Assembly: GCA_005888745.1 (NCBI GenBank)
Contig: VBBS01000027.1
Coordinates: 55,045 to 119,044, forward strand
Source: Candidatus Bathyarchaeota archaeon
GTDB lineage: Archaea; Thermoproteota; Bathyarchaeia; 40CM-2-53-6
DNA: 64,000 nt
Direction of reading: 5' to 3'
Shown: in pieces, positions 8,233 through 18,363 of the stretch
How positions within the stretch are numbered: the stretch's first letter is position 1
Layout: each line of letters begins with the position of its first letter
Program-made: the position numbers and the translations under genes
Notes under the pieces: model-generated
Told to the model about the DNA's origin: nothing
The model's input: the letters and a program-made list of their open reading frames with translations, nothing else
The model's database searches: none

Positions 8233-11200
8233 TTGTTCTCCTCCCTCGAGGGCAGGGACACGATCTGACTGCTGCCCTTGTCGATGAAGACTCCGAACAC
8301 CCTCTCCGCCCTCGATATTGTCGTATCCTTGAGCGAGATTACTATGAACTGGGACATGATACTCCTCGTCCGAAGGAGGGTCGCTAGGCGTTTTGCGTTT
8401 AACACATCCAAGTGTGCGTCAATCTCGTCCATTACGTAGAATGGCATGGGATGGATTTGTTGGAGTGCTAGAAGGTAGCAGACCGTTGAGACAGACTTCT
8501 CTCCTCCACTCGCGCTCCCAATCGTAAGCTCTGTTTTTCCGGGGAACTGAAGCAGGACGTCGAGTCCGCCTTCAAACGGGTTTTCAGGATTGTCCAGGAC
8601 CATTCTTCCGTTTCCCTCACCAGTCATCTCGCGAAAAATGCTCTGGAATGTCTCGTTGACCTTGTGGTATGCGCTCATGAACGTGTCAAGCTTCTTCCTC
8701 TCGAGCTCGTTCATGAAGTCGAGGATAGCCAGCTTCTCTCTTTCGAGTTCTCCGATCCTAACTGAGAGATGTTTGTATCCTTCTTTCTGTGATTCGTATT
8801 GTTGGGCAGCGAGCTGGTTGATAGCACCTATCTCGTCCCGTTCCTGTTCGAGGACGCGTTTCATATCTTCAGCCTCCTTGATGAGATCCGGGTGAGTCTC
8901 GAGCGGCGTCTCGAATCCAAGGCCTCTAAGTTGTCCTTTGAAGATTGTTAGTTGAGCGTCGACTTCCCTTAGGCCCGCCTTTAGATCGGTCACGCTTGCA
9001 TTGAGTGGATCCATCATTTGCAGAAGTTTCCGAGTTGCTTTTTCGACTTCCACAAACTGTTCTTCGTACTTCTTCCTCTCATCCCCAACGCTGTCCAAAT
9101 TTCGGACCAGCCGCTGCTTTTCCTCGTTGAACTTTTTCATCTCTTTCTCCAATGTTTCGAGTCGTTCGTGCGCTTCTTTGGCTCGGGCCTCTTCGCGATG
9201 AATCTCAGAGTCAAGCGAGCGCAGTTGTATTCGGATCTGGTCGATTCCCGGCCTCAGGGTCTCGAGAGTAGACTGTTGGGAGGAGAGACGTGTTTCTAGC
9301 TCGAGCTTCTCTCGGAGAATGAGTTGGTTCTCGGTGGTGGCTTGGTCTCGCTCCGTTTCGAGTTGAGAGAGCGCTGACCTTCTGGAATCAATCCTCAGCC
9401 TCGTTCTTTCCTCTTCTATGACCGCGAGCCGCCTCTTCATCTCCGCTTGTTTCTCCGCGGTCTCCTTCAACAAGACTTGTTCTTTCGCCATGGAGTTCTG
9501 GAGGCTGTCAATTCGCCGGGTCGTCTGTTGCAAGAATGTTCTTGTTCTCTCGAAACTCTTCTTGGCAAGTTCTACGTCCCTTGCCAAGGCCTCTCGGGTC
9601 TTGCTCGCGGATACTCGGTCTTCCAACAGCTCGTTTAGCTCAATCTCGATACGGTCAACGTCGGACCGTGAGCGTTGCACAACGGTCTCCAGCGATTTCA
9701 CTGTTTTCTCGAGGCTTTCAAGTGCAGTGGATCGGGGAACTAGGTTTGAGATCTCGAGCGGGGCTCTATAGTAGCCGCTCTCGAGGCCTCCTCCTGGCTC
9801 GTAAAGGTCTCCGCTGGTTACGACGCATCTTTGTCCCTTGGATGCTGTCAGGAACGCTGCTCTTTGCGTCGTGGCGAGTACAGTATCGCCGAAGACGAAT
9901 TTGACAGCGGGGGCAACTGACTTGTCGGACCGTATTACCTTCGAAAGCGGACCAATTATTCCGGAGACGTTGCCAGCGTCGGGCTCCAGATCCGAGAGTT
10001 CAAGATCTTCTATCGGAACGATCTTGACGCGTCCAAGCTTAGTACGTTTCAGGCTTTCGACGCACCGGATTGCTACCTCGAGGTTTTTCACAACTAGGGC
10101 TTTCATCCAGCCGGCGCTGGCTGCCTGTATTGCCTTACGGTATTCTTCGGGAAACTTGACGAGATCTTCTAGACGGCCGTAGACGCCTTTCAGAGCGCCT
10201 TCATCAGCCATCTCTTCGATCTTCTCGATAGCTTTGTCTTCTGCTCCCATGCTGTCCGCTAGGATCATTTGTGTGTTGAATTCCACCACGGTGACTCTTG
10301 CCTTCTTTGCGACGTCGAGGGCTTCGTCGATCTCTTTTCTGCGCTGGTCCTTGAGTTCACTGTATTCTTTTGTTTTCTGCTCGATTGATTCGAGCCGTTT
10401 TTCCTCTTCCTTCTGAAGTTTCTCCATTTCGCGGATTCTATTCTTCAGCTCTTCTGAGAGCTGGGCGAACTCTTTCTGGCGGGCTTCGAGGGTTTGCAGA
10501 TGGCTGGCGGTTAGGTCGAGTTTTGTCGAACTGCCCTTGCTTTGAGCGGTTAGGTTTGAAAGTTCCTTTCCCAGGCCGTCGATCTCGTCCTGGACTTCAC
10601 GCAGTTTCTTGGCGTCGAGGTTGAGAGACGATCGGGTGTCGGTAAGCTTTTGGCCGATTTTTTCGACCTTGAATGTGGAATCCTCTAGCTTGTCCTCTAG
10701 GATTTTCTTGTGTGAATGGAGACTTTTGATCGAGCTGGCAAGTGGTTTGACTGAGGTTTCCATCTCTTCCGCCTGTTTTGTGAAGGCTTCGCGCTGTCTT
10801 GCGCGGGTTGTGACCAGGTTCTTCGTTGTTTCCGCGGCGGATTTTGCTTCGACGATGCCCTTGCTGGCTTCTGCGATAAGTCTTTCGAGATCGAAGAGTT
10901 CTTGGTTTCCCTGGGTGACTATTTTCTCTTCGAAGCTTCGTCGGTCTTGTTCGATCTTTGCTCGCTGTTGAGTTAGGTCTTCTCTTTCGTGTCTCACCTG
11001 AGAGAGCTTGACCTGTTCCTGCTCGAGGGTCTGTGACATTTCCTGATGCCGGTTTTCGAGTGCAAGGATCTGGGCGGAGAGGATGCGCGCTTGCTGGCTG
11101 TTTATCTCGGTCTTGAGAAGATTGAACCTGAGAAGGTCGTTTCTTTCTCGTTCCAGCTGTTCTATTCTCTGTCTCACCTCATCAACTCTCGCAGCGGCGA

Positions 11201-11765
11201 CTTTGAGGTTCAGATCGGCCTCTTGTAATTGCACTCTTGCCTCGGCCTTCTTTGTCTCGAAGGTTCCGATTCCGATTAGGCTTTCAAGAATCCTTCTTCG
11301 TTCTTCTGTACTGATCTCCGCGAGGCGAGTGATGGCGTGTTGTGAAATAAGGTTGAAGCCGGTGACTTGGATGTCGGCTGAGCTCATTATGTCCTGGACT
11401 TGTTTTCTGGAGAGGCGTCGTCCGTTAAGGCGGTAGATTCCTTCTCCGCCTTTCGAGAACTCTCTGGATATAGTTACGAGGTCAGAATCTACGGGCAGCT
11501 TTCGGTCACTGTTGTCGAACTGCACTGCCACGTAAGCGGATCGTGCTCCTTCGCCCTGTGACTTGTGGACTAGGTCGGATAGGCTTCTGCCTCGGAGTTC
11601 TCTGGGGCTTAGCTCACCGAGCGCGAACTTGAGACTGTCCAGGATATTGGACTTGCCCGATCCGTTGGGTCCGGTTATGACTGTGAATCCTGTTCCGAGG
11701 TTGATGGAGACCTTCTTGTTGAAGGTCTTGAATCCTCGGATGTCGATTCTCTTGATGAACACCAA
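8229..11765 (-). CDS. smc: chromosome segregation protein SMC
   Basis: 1178 aa; N-terminal Walker A GPNGSGKSN, long coiled coils, hinge, C-terminal signature LSGGEKS and Walker B; TTG start. Confidence 0.9.
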   Translation of the reverse strand: MVFIKRIDIRGFKTFNKKVSINLGTGFTVITGPNGSGKSNILDSLKFALGELSPRELRGRSLSDLVHKSQGEGARSAYVAVQFDNSDRKLPVDSDLVTISREFSKGGEGIYRLNGRRLSRKQVQDIMSSADIQVTGFNLISQHAITRLAEISTEERRRILESLIGIGTFETKKAEARVQLQEADLNLKVAAARVDEVRQRIEQLERERNDLLRFNLLKTEINSQQARILSAQILALENRHQEMSQTLEQEQVKLSQVRHEREDLTQQRAKIEQDRRSFEEKIVTQGNQELFDLERLIAEASKGIVEAKSAAETTKNLVTTRARQREAFTKQAEEMETSVKPLASSIKSLHSHKKILEDKLEDSTFKVEKIGQKLTDTRSSLNLDAKKLREVQDEIDGLGKELSNLTAQSKGSSTKLDLTASHLQTLEARQKEFAQLSEELKNRIREMEKLQKEEEKRLESIEQKTKEYSELKDQRRKEIDEALDVAKKARVTVVEFNTQMILADSMGAEDKAIEKIEEMADEGALKGVYGRLEDLVKFPEEYRKAIQAASAGWMKALVVKNLEVAIRCVESLKRTKLGRVKIVPIEDLELSDLEPDAGNVSGIIGPLSKVIRSDKSVAPAVKFVFGDTVLATTQRAAFLTASKGQRCVVTSGDLYEPGGGLESGYYRAPLEISNLVPRSTALESLEKTVKSLETVVQRSRSDVDRIEIELNELLEDRVSASKTREALARDVELAKKSFERTRTFLQQTTRRIDSLQNSMAKEQVLLKETAEKQAEMKRRLAVIEEERTRLRIDSRRSALSQLETERDQATTENQLILREKLELETRLSSQQSTLETLRPGIDQIRIQLRSLDSEIHREEARAKEAHERLETLEKEMKKFNEEKQRLVRNLDSVGDERKKYEEQFVEVEKATRKLLQMMDPLNASVTDLKAGLREVDAQLTIFKGQLRGLGFETPLETHPDLIKEAEDMKRVLEQERDEIGAINQLAAQQYESQKEGYKHLSVRIGELEREKLAILDFMNELERKKLDTFMSAYHKVNETFQSIFREMTGEGNGRMVLDNPENPFEGGLDVLLQFPGKTELTIGSASGGEKSVSTVCYLLALQQIHPMPFYVMDEIDAHLDVLNAKRLATLLRTRSIMSQFIVISLKDTTISRAERVFGVFIDKGSSQIVSLPSREENN

Positions 11766-11806
11766 GGCTGGGGCCCTGGACTCTCACTCGCAGGTGGGAC
11801 GTGTTC

Positions 11807-12589
11807 TCATCGGCCGTATCTTCTGTAGCGCCTCTGGTAGAGTCTGATGGCCCTTAAGAAATCGATTCTTCGAAACTCGGGCCAATAAACGTCTACGAAG
11901 ACCAGTTCGCTGTATGCGGATTGCCATAGGAGGAAGCCGCTTAGGCGCTCTTCGCCTGACGTCCGTATAACCAGGTCCGGGTTTGGGTTGGGGAGGTGTG
12001 CGGTGTAGAGGTATTTGTGGAATATTCCCTCATCGATGTCTTGGGGTCTCAGGTTTCCTTGGTAGACATCGTCAACGATCTTTTTGGTGGCGTCGACGAT
12101 TTCCGCTCGTCCTGTGTATGCGATTGCGATGTTTAGGAAGTGTCCTGTGTACTCGCTCGTGTCGTCTTCAAGTTTCTTCAGCGCGTCTTGGAGGCTTTCT
12201 GGGAGGAGGTCTGTTCTGCCGAGGGCTTTGACCCTGACCTTTTGTGTGTGGAGACGATTGTCTCTCCCAAGTTTTCGGGCTTCTTCCTCGACGAGTTTGA
12301 GGACGGCGTTTACTTCTTCGGCGGGCCGGTCGAAGTTTTCGGTTGAGAACGTGTAGAGGGTTAGGGTCTTGATTCCGTATTCGAGGCACCAGTCCAGCAC
12401 TTCTTCTCCAACCTTCGCGCCAATAGTGTGTCCGTCGTTGGGCCGGAGAGCTTTTTCCACGGCCCATCTTCTGTTACCGTCTAGTATTATTCCAATATGT
12501 TCAGGTAGCGGTTTTCCCTTGACCTGCTCGGTGAGCCATTTTTCATAGGCGGTGTATACTCCTGCTATTCTGAGTAGGCTGTCTAACAC
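11807..12589 (-). CDS. uppS: cis-prenyltransferase (undecaprenyl/tritrans,polycis-undecaprenyl-diphosphate synthase)
   Basis: HIGIILDGNRRWA motif and UPP synthase fold. Confidence 0.85.
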   Translation of the reverse strand: MLDSLLRIAGVYTAYEKWLTEQVKGKPLPEHIGIILDGNRRWAVEKALRPNDGHTIGAKVGEEVLDWCLEYGIKTLTLYTFSTENFDRPAEEVNAVLKLVEEEARKLGRDNRLHTQKVRVKALGRTDLLPESLQDALKKLEDDTSEYTGHFLNIAIAYTGRAEIVDATKKIVDDVYQGNLRPQDIDEGIFHKYLYTAHLPNPNPDLVIRTSGEERLSGFLLWQSAYSELVFVDVYWPEFRRIDFLRAIRLYQRRYRRYGR

Positions 12590-13389
12590 GTTTGTTCTTT
12601 GACCTCCGGTTTGTTGAGTTGGGCTTGGGCGAGCGCTCTTGCGCAGGAGCAGCCGTCTCTCGTGTCAGGTATCTTGCCTATAGCTTCTATGAGAATCTTG
12701 TTCAGGATCTGGCTGGTCTCTTTTCCCTTCTCTTCCACCTCTCTTGCTGAGAGTGTTCTCTGGAGGCCGGCTGCCATGTTAGAGACGAAGCTGATTGATG
12801 CATAGCATATCTGGAGCTCTCTGGCGAGGAAGGCTTCTGGGGCGCCTGTCATTCCCACGATCGCGCCGCCGAGTGTCTTGAGCATGCGTATCTCCGCTGG
12901 TGTCTCGTATCTTGGGCCTTCGGTGGCGGCCATTACGATGTCGTTTCGAATGGTTTTCTTGCTGTCAGAGCCGGCGCTGGTTATCGCGTTTCTCAGGGTT
13001 GGGCAGTATGGTTCGGATACGTCGACATGTGTGACCGGGGAGTCGTCGTAGAAGGTTCCTTGTCGAGATTTCGTAAAATCGATCAGGTCTGAGGGTACGA
13101 CTATCTCTCCTGGTGTGAGAGTGGTGTCTATTGCACCGACGGCGTTTGTAGCGATTATTCTTTCAACCCCGAGACTTTTGAGTCCCCATATGTTGGCTCG
13201 ATAATTTACCTTGTGGGGTGGAGCGGTGTGTCCTTCGCCGTGTCGTGGTAGATAGACTGCTTCTCGTCCTTTAACTTGTCCGATGGTCAGGGTTGGGGTT
13301 GGACCGTATGGTGTGCCGAGGATCTTTTCTTCGCCTTTGACGAGGGATTTGACTCCTGAGCCACCGATTATTGCGATGGGCGGTTTCAT
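12583..13389 (-). CDS. mtnP: S-methyl-5'-thioadenosine phosphorylase / purine nucleoside phosphorylase
   Basis: MKPPIAIIGGSG N-terminus and PNP-family motifs. Confidence 0.8.
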   Translation of the reverse strand: MKPPIAIIGGSGVKSLVKGEEKILGTPYGPTPTLTIGQVKGREAVYLPRHGEGHTAPPHKVNYRANIWGLKSLGVERIIATNAVGAIDTTLTPGEIVVPSDLIDFTKSRQGTFYDDSPVTHVDVSEPYCPTLRNAITSAGSDSKKTIRNDIVMAATEGPRYETPAEIRMLKTLGGAIVGMTGAPEAFLARELQICYASISFVSNMAAGLQRTLSAREVEEKGKETSQILNKILIEAIGKIPDTRDGCSCARALAQAQLNKPEVKEQTC

Positions 13390-14150
13390 TCCTCTTCCTC
13401 GTAGAGTGCGCTCAGCTCGTGGAGGGAGAGCTTTGCGCCCTGGCTGAGCTTCTTCTTCGCAGCCTCTTTCAAGTTCTGCTTGTGAGTTTCTTCTTTTTGG
13501 CGCTGACTCATTTTCTCAGCTAGATCAATCGATTTTCTGACTACTTGGTATTGCTCGTCTGCGTCCTTGTATTCTCCGCGGAGCTGGTTGAGGGATTTTC
13601 TAACATCTTCCTGTTTTATCTTGAGTGCTTCGAACCGTTCGGATAGTATTACGATCTCCTCGTGATGCTTCTGGCTTTCCTCCGCGAGCTCCTGGACCTT
13701 CGCGTGTAGCTCGTCTGCTTCTTGGTTGGCTTTTGTGACCTCATCTCGTAGTCGGTTGATCTTCTTGGCCGCGTTTACTTGGGTTTCGAGAGCTCGGATC
13801 TTTATCATCAGACGCTTTTCTTCTTCCTTGCCTAGTGGTGCGGTTTGTACTTGCCATTCGAGCTGTTGTAGCTCGTGCTCGGCTGTTACAGACTGGAGGA
13901 GCTTGGGCGCTGTTTTCTGGAGAATCTTCAGTTTTGTGATGTTCTGTTTTGCTTTGTCTCGAAGGTTGTCTCGGGTTTTCTTGAGGGCTCTGACTGTCTC
14001 GTTGAGTTCGTCGCGGGTCTTCCGGCTTGCTTGGAGTTCTGTGCGTGTAGTGTCGAGTTTGCTTCTTACCTCGGATAGTGCTCCTAGGAGTTTGCGTTCG
14101 TCGGTTTTGATCCGCTGCCGCTCGTCGGCGAGCATTTCGAGATTGGTCAT
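13386..14150 (-). CDS. coiled-coil protein (archaeal COG1340-like)
   Basis: 254 aa, almost entirely heptad-repeat, charged. Confidence 0.5.
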   Translation of the reverse strand: MTNLEMLADERQRIKTDERKLLGALSEVRSKLDTTRTELQASRKTRDELNETVRALKKTRDNLRDKAKQNITKLKILQKTAPKLLQSVTAEHELQQLEWQVQTAPLGKEEEKRLMIKIRALETQVNAAKKINRLRDEVTKANQEADELHAKVQELAEESQKHHEEIVILSERFEALKIKQEDVRKSLNQLRGEYKDADEQYQVVRKSIDLAEKMSQRQKEETHKQNLKEAAKKKLSQGAKLSLHELSALYEEEE

Positions 14151-14248
14151 AGCTGGATCCCCGTTTGTAACTGACGGGTCTGATTGTTGGAATATGGGGA
14201 AGCCGCCTTATAGACGTTCAACTCACTCCCTTCCAGAAGGGAGGTCAG

Positions 14249-14938
14249 TTGGGGCTGGAAAGGGTTGGGAGTCGTCTGTCCCTGATCGGGACGGTGCACG
14301 TGGACCCTGCCAGCGCTACGAACGTTCGAGGCACTATTGTAGCGATGAAACCGGAGGTCGTGGCCTTGGAGCTGGATGAGGCCCGGATGATGGCGCTGGA
14401 GAATCCGAAGGCTCAGAGCGGACGCGGAGCTGGAGTGTCATTTCTGACCTTGGCTTTGTTGGAGAGGTTTGCTGGACAGATGACCGGGTCGCCTCCCGGA
14501 ACAGAGATGTTGGAGGCAGCTAGGACGGCGAAGGCTGTCGGGTCCAGAGTGGAATTCATCGATCTGCCTATCACGAGTACGGGCGCCGCGTTGAGGGGGC
14601 TGCCTCGGAAGGAGAAAGCGAAACTGGTGGTTGACGCGCTCGTCAGCCTTGTCGTCTTGCCGTTCAGCAGGATAAACTGGTCGAAGGTGACGGAGGACTT
14701 GGATTCGCAGATCGGGGCTTTCCGGAAAAGATATCCAGTTTTGAGCAAGATATTGATCGATACGCGCGAGGAGCACATGATCAACCGTTTGAAGATGGTG
14801 ATGGACTCGACGACCGGGCAGGTCTTGGCCGTTGTAGGTTTTGGACACCGGGCTTCGCTGGCGCGGGCGTTGGCTGGGTATATGGAAGGACCGGGGTTCA
14901 GTACTAGTATTTCCTGGAACGTGTCGACCGGCAGCTGA
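14249..14938 (+). CDS. TraB/PrgY-family protein
   Basis: GTVHVDPAS...VVALELDEAR motif characteristic of TraB family. Confidence 0.55.
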   Translation: MGLERVGSRLSLIGTVHVDPASATNVRGTIVAMKPEVVALELDEARMMALENPKAQSGRGAGVSFLTLALLERFAGQMTGSPPGTEMLEAARTAKAVGSRVEFIDLPITSTGAALRGLPRKEKAKLVVDALVSLVVLPFSRINWSKVTEDLDSQIGAFRKRYPVLSKILIDTREEHMINRLKMVMDSTTGQVLAVVGFGHRASLARALAGYMEGPGFSTSISWNVSTGS

Positions 14939-15116
14939 TGGCTGGATTCAGCCATGGAGGAAGGAGGGAGTGGCATGGGTAAGTGAACGTGGGTTCTAAG
15001 CGTTTTCACGAAGAGCGGGGCGCGGGAAAACAGACCACTCCGGGGTCACATAATAGTTAACGGAAAAAATAGTTACAAGAAAAGTTAGGATACTCAGAAC
15101 TCTCGTACCGTGCCCT

Positions 15117-15917
15117 TCACGGATCTTTCTGACGCGAGCGGGCTGACTTCGCGAGTTCGCGTAGGAGGTATGCGATGGCGTTGTCCAGCCTTGCGTGAGA
15201 GTTGGGGTCTACGCTGTAGACATGAAGCTGGATTAGGGTCCGGATTCCACCCTCGCGGCCGCGGGGATGGGACTTGAAGTATAGTCCTGGAAAGGCCTTC
15301 CGCGTGCGGTCTAGGGCCGGCGCGAGTGCTGACTCAATAATTCCAACCAGGCCAATGGACACTTCCTTGGGAGCTTCTGTCTTCGAGGATCTCAGCATCG
15401 GAGTAACGGACCCTTGGAAGATGGCTTTCATCTCTGAGGGAACCCCTGGAAGAGAAACAAGCCTCGTCTTGCCAACTTTGATCGTGACTCCCGGAGCAGT
15501 TCCAACGGGATTGGGAAGAGGCTTAGCGCCCTCAGGCAAGGTGGCCATCTTTCTACGAAATCGGGTTAGACCTGTAGAAGCTTCCAGCATACTGTACCGG
15601 GCCTTGACCATCGCGAAAGCTTCCGAATCCAGCACGAGCCGCTTGTTCAGAGCGAGGGCGACTCCTTTGAGAGTCATGTCATCATGGGTCGGACCAAGAC
15701 CGCCGAGAGTGATCAGAACGTCAGGTCTTCTTCGAAGAGCGCCTCCAACTCCATCCTTTAACGCCGCAAGCGAGTCGCGAAGGACAGTGATCCTCTGAAG
15801 GGTCCAACCGAAACTTGTGAGACGTCTTGCGATCCAGTGAGAATTGGTATCAAGTGTGTGTCCGATCAGTAGTTCATCGCCGACAGAGATTATCTCTGCT
15901 GTCGGAGACTTCCTCAC
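15117..15917 (-). CDS. CinA-like molybdopterin-binding (MoCF_BD) domain protein
   Basis: N-terminus AEIISVGDELLIGHTLDTNSHWIARRL matches the CinA N-terminal domain. Confidence 0.7.
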   Translation of the reverse strand: MRKSPTAEIISVGDELLIGHTLDTNSHWIARRLTSFGWTLQRITVLRDSLAALKDGVGGALRRRPDVLITLGGLGPTHDDMTLKGVALALNKRLVLDSEAFAMVKARYSMLEASTGLTRFRRKMATLPEGAKPLPNPVGTAPGVTIKVGKTRLVSLPGVPSEMKAIFQGSVTPMLRSSKTEAPKEVSIGLVGIIESALAPALDRTRKAFPGLYFKSHPRGREGGIRTLIQLHVYSVDPNSHARLDNAIAYLLRELAKSARSRQKDP

Positions 15918-15943
15918 TCAGCAAGACCCCGAAAAAGCCCTGA

Positions 15944-16570
15944 CTAGTGTCTCTCCAACGAGACGACAGCTGCCAGTGCGCCTGAAAGAGCTCGGTTCGC
16001 GTCTTTCCCAAACCCAATGATCACGAGGTCGTTCTCAGAGGGATGGAAGAGTTCTCGAATCCGAGCATCTTCACGTGGCGACAGTTCGGCAACTTTCTTG
16101 TTATCGGGCGGTATCGAGAGCTTCCCGTTAACGACCGCTATAGTTAGGGTCCCTTCCGCGCCGACCTTGATCGCTTCGTCCCTTTGTAACACCCCTGTGA
16201 TTCCGGGCTTGTACCTCTTGGACAAGTGGACTCCTACCGACACTTTGCCGGGGACCAGTTCCATCTCATCTAGTGTCCTGATCTTGCGCACGGCTATCTG
16301 CTTAAGATACCGTTGCAATGTTTCCCGTCCTTGCCTAGAAAGCTTGGCACCCGTTCCCTCGCCAACTTCAACCAAGCCCTGTTCCGCGAGCCTTTCCAAC
16401 AAGCCCCGGGTAACGCCATCATTGATTTGAAGAGCTTGAGCCAAGGCACGGCGTCCAACCGGGCCCTCAAGGTCAATGAGGACTAGGGCGCTCAGAAGCT
16501 GGACTGGAGTAAGCTGGGGAAGCGGACCCCTGGCTCCGCGACGCCACTTCTCAAGCATTTCCTCAAGCAT
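15944..16570 (-). CDS. winged-helix DNA-binding domain protein with uncharacterised C-terminal domain (possibly DUF120/riboflavin-kinase-like)
   Basis: N-terminal wHTH-like LSALVLIDLEGPVGRRALAQAL; C-terminal EGTLTI-containing beta-rich domain; assignment tentative. Confidence 0.4.
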   Translation of the reverse strand: MLEEMLEKWRRGARGPLPQLTPVQLLSALVLIDLEGPVGRRALAQALQINDGVTRGLLERLAEQGLVEVGEGTGAKLSRQGRETLQRYLKQIAVRKIRTLDEMELVPGKVSVGVHLSKRYKPGITGVLQRDEAIKVGAEGTLTIAVVNGKLSIPPDNKKVAELSPREDARIRELFHPSENDLVIIGFGKDANRALSGALAAVVSLERH

Positions 16571-16687
16571 CGAATCCGACAGCCAGTGTGATCATGCCAC
16601 TGGAAAGTTAACTCTTCCCAAGAAACGCGCAATTGCTTAGTCCTGCTTTCACCAGACAGAAATTATAGAGGAAGCTGTGAGGAGTCA

Positions 16688-17194
16688 GTGAGGTACAGAC
16701 TTCGTGAACGAGTTTCTAGTCAGGTCAATTCAGGCATCGGATCGCGGTTGGGTGGAGGCTTTCATCAAGTCCCATTGGGTTCAGAGATTGTTGTCGCAAA
16801 GGGCCGGGTCATTCGTCCCGCGGAACTTGGCGGTTTTGCAGCCTTCAGGGGAAAAGACGCCGTCGGTCTGCTGACTTATCAAATAGAGGGACGTGACTGT
16901 GAGATTGTCACACTCGACAGCATCACTGAACGCGAGGGAATTGGGATGTCGCTTGTTGAAGCTGTCAAGGAAAGAGCGAAGGCGAAGGGTTGTAGGAGAA
17001 TTTGGCTCATAACTACCAACGACAACCTGAACGCTTTAGGATTCTATCAAAAGAGATGTTTCCGTCTGATAGCTCTCTACCCTAATGCTTTGGAAGCTTC
17101 TAGGAAGCTGAAGCCTCAGATCTCCATGAAGGCCGCCAATGGCATTCCGATTAGAGATGAACTTGAACTCGAACTTGAGCTGTCAAGCCGGTAG
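16688..17194 (+). CDS. GNAT-family N-acetyltransferase
   Basis: CRRIWLITTNDNLNALGFYQKRCF acetyl-CoA-binding motif. Confidence 0.7.
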   Translation: MRYRLRERVSSQVNSGIGSRLGGGFHQVPLGSEIVVAKGRVIRPAELGGFAAFRGKDAVGLLTYQIEGRDCEIVTLDSITEREGIGMSLVEAVKERAKAKGCRRIWLITTNDNLNALGFYQKRCFRLIALYPNALEASRKLKPQISMKAANGIPIRDELELELELSSR

Positions 17195-17246
17195 CCACAC
17201 ATTGTAGGAGAACAACGTCAACGAGATTTTGGGAAAACGTAGCTGA

Positions 17247-17459
17247 CTACTTTTTCTTGTCGCTCAGCCACCATTTCAGATAGTCCTTGTGGCGGCGTTT
17301 CTTCTCTTCGTCTGCCGACTCTTCGGTGCGAAGCATCTTTTCTCGTCCTTCTAGAAGGTTTTGCTGGGTGAAGGTTAGGCCGCAGCTCTTACAGGCATAT
17401 TGCTTGATTGCAGGGTCATAACTTAGGTTTCCACCGCACTCCAAGCAATAATTAGGCAA
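17247..17459 (-). CDS. small zinc-ribbon protein with basic C-terminal tail
   Basis: CLECGG...CKSCG four-Cys ribbon, then Lys/Arg/Glu-rich tail. Confidence 0.5.
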   Translation of the reverse strand: MPNYCLECGGNLSYDPAIKQYACKSCGLTFTQQNLLEGREKMLRTEESADEEKKRRHKDYLKWWLSDKKK

Positions 17460-17613
17460 ACTTCTCCTCGAGAAGAAATTTGGCTCGCGAACCAGATAAA
17501 GATTCGGTTACTCAAAAGGGCCAAAGGATGAAAAATTCGGCCGTAGGCGACGAAATTGGGTGTTGGCGGAGAACGGTTAATATGCCGACTCTGTCAGTCG
17601 GAATTCGATTCGA

Positions 17614-18012
17614 TTGCCTCGATATCATGGCAACCAGCACAAGAAGAAACCCACTGGTGGGGTCAAGCGTAACTGGCGGGGAAAACGCGCCTTCGAGGCC
17701 GGCGGAGAACCGGTCGAGACGACCCTTGGCAAGGTTAAGCAGAGAAGAGTTGGAATCCGAGGCGGGGCTACGAAAATAAAACTGGCGTCGGCTGACTGGG
17801 CTGTTGTCACCGACAAGTCGACGGGTAAGTCGTCGAAATCGAAGCTTCTGCGAGTTGTTAAGAATCCGGCGAACGTTGACTATCAGAGGCGGGGAGTAAT
17901 CACGAAGGGTGCGATCGTCGATACGGAACTCGGTCAGGCGCGAGTGACCTCTCGTCCCGGACAAGACGGGGTCATCAACGCAGTCCTCGTATCCCAAGCC
18001 AGCAAGTCCTAA
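17614..18012 (+). CDS. rps8e: 30S ribosomal protein S8e
   Basis: RYHGNQHKKKPTGG N-terminal signature. Confidence 0.85.
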   Translation: MPRYHGNQHKKKPTGGVKRNWRGKRAFEAGGEPVETTLGKVKQRRVGIRGGATKIKLASADWAVVTDKSTGKSSKSKLLRVVKNPANVDYQRRGVITKGAIVDTELGQARVTSRPGQDGVINAVLVSQASKS

Positions 18013-18032
18013 GATAGAACGGTGAAACCAGG

Positions 18033-18356
18033 GTGAAAAACCCGGGTCACGTCATCATCTGGCCATTCCACATAGACAGTACGAAGACCAGGGGCCAGGG
18101 AAGAAAACTTCCGATAGCGCGAGCGATAAAACAGCCAAACCTCAGAGAAATTGTGCAGGCGGCGACAATCCTAGGTTATGTTCCGGAACCGAAGGAAAAA
18201 TCGGCGATGCCCAGCCTTCACTGGGAGAAGGCAGGAAATGTTACGGTGAAGAAGACGGCTCCCAAGGTTACAATGCTGAAATCGATTGCCGGGGAGATCG
18301 TGAAGATACGGCAAAAAGAGGCCCAGGCTGTCGAGCCGAAGAAAGACCGACGATAG
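18033..18356 (+). CDS. srp19: signal recognition particle SRP19 protein
   Basis: IIWPFHIDSTKTRGQGRKLP... SRP19 family motif. Confidence 0.8.
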   Translation: MKNPGHVIIWPFHIDSTKTRGQGRKLPIARAIKQPNLREIVQAATILGYVPEPKEKSAMPSLHWEKAGNVTVKKTAPKVTMLKSIAGEIVKIRQKEAQAVEPKKDRR

Positions 18357-18363
18357 ACCCGAC

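Noticed and set aside
8590-11847. Many 60-120-aa plus-strand ORFs inside smc (and similar antisense ORFs in the 1651..2997 and 56658..57362 regions)
   Set aside because: They lie antisense to long, well-supported genes and are low-complexity Ser/Arg/Leu-rich; they are typical shadow ORFs
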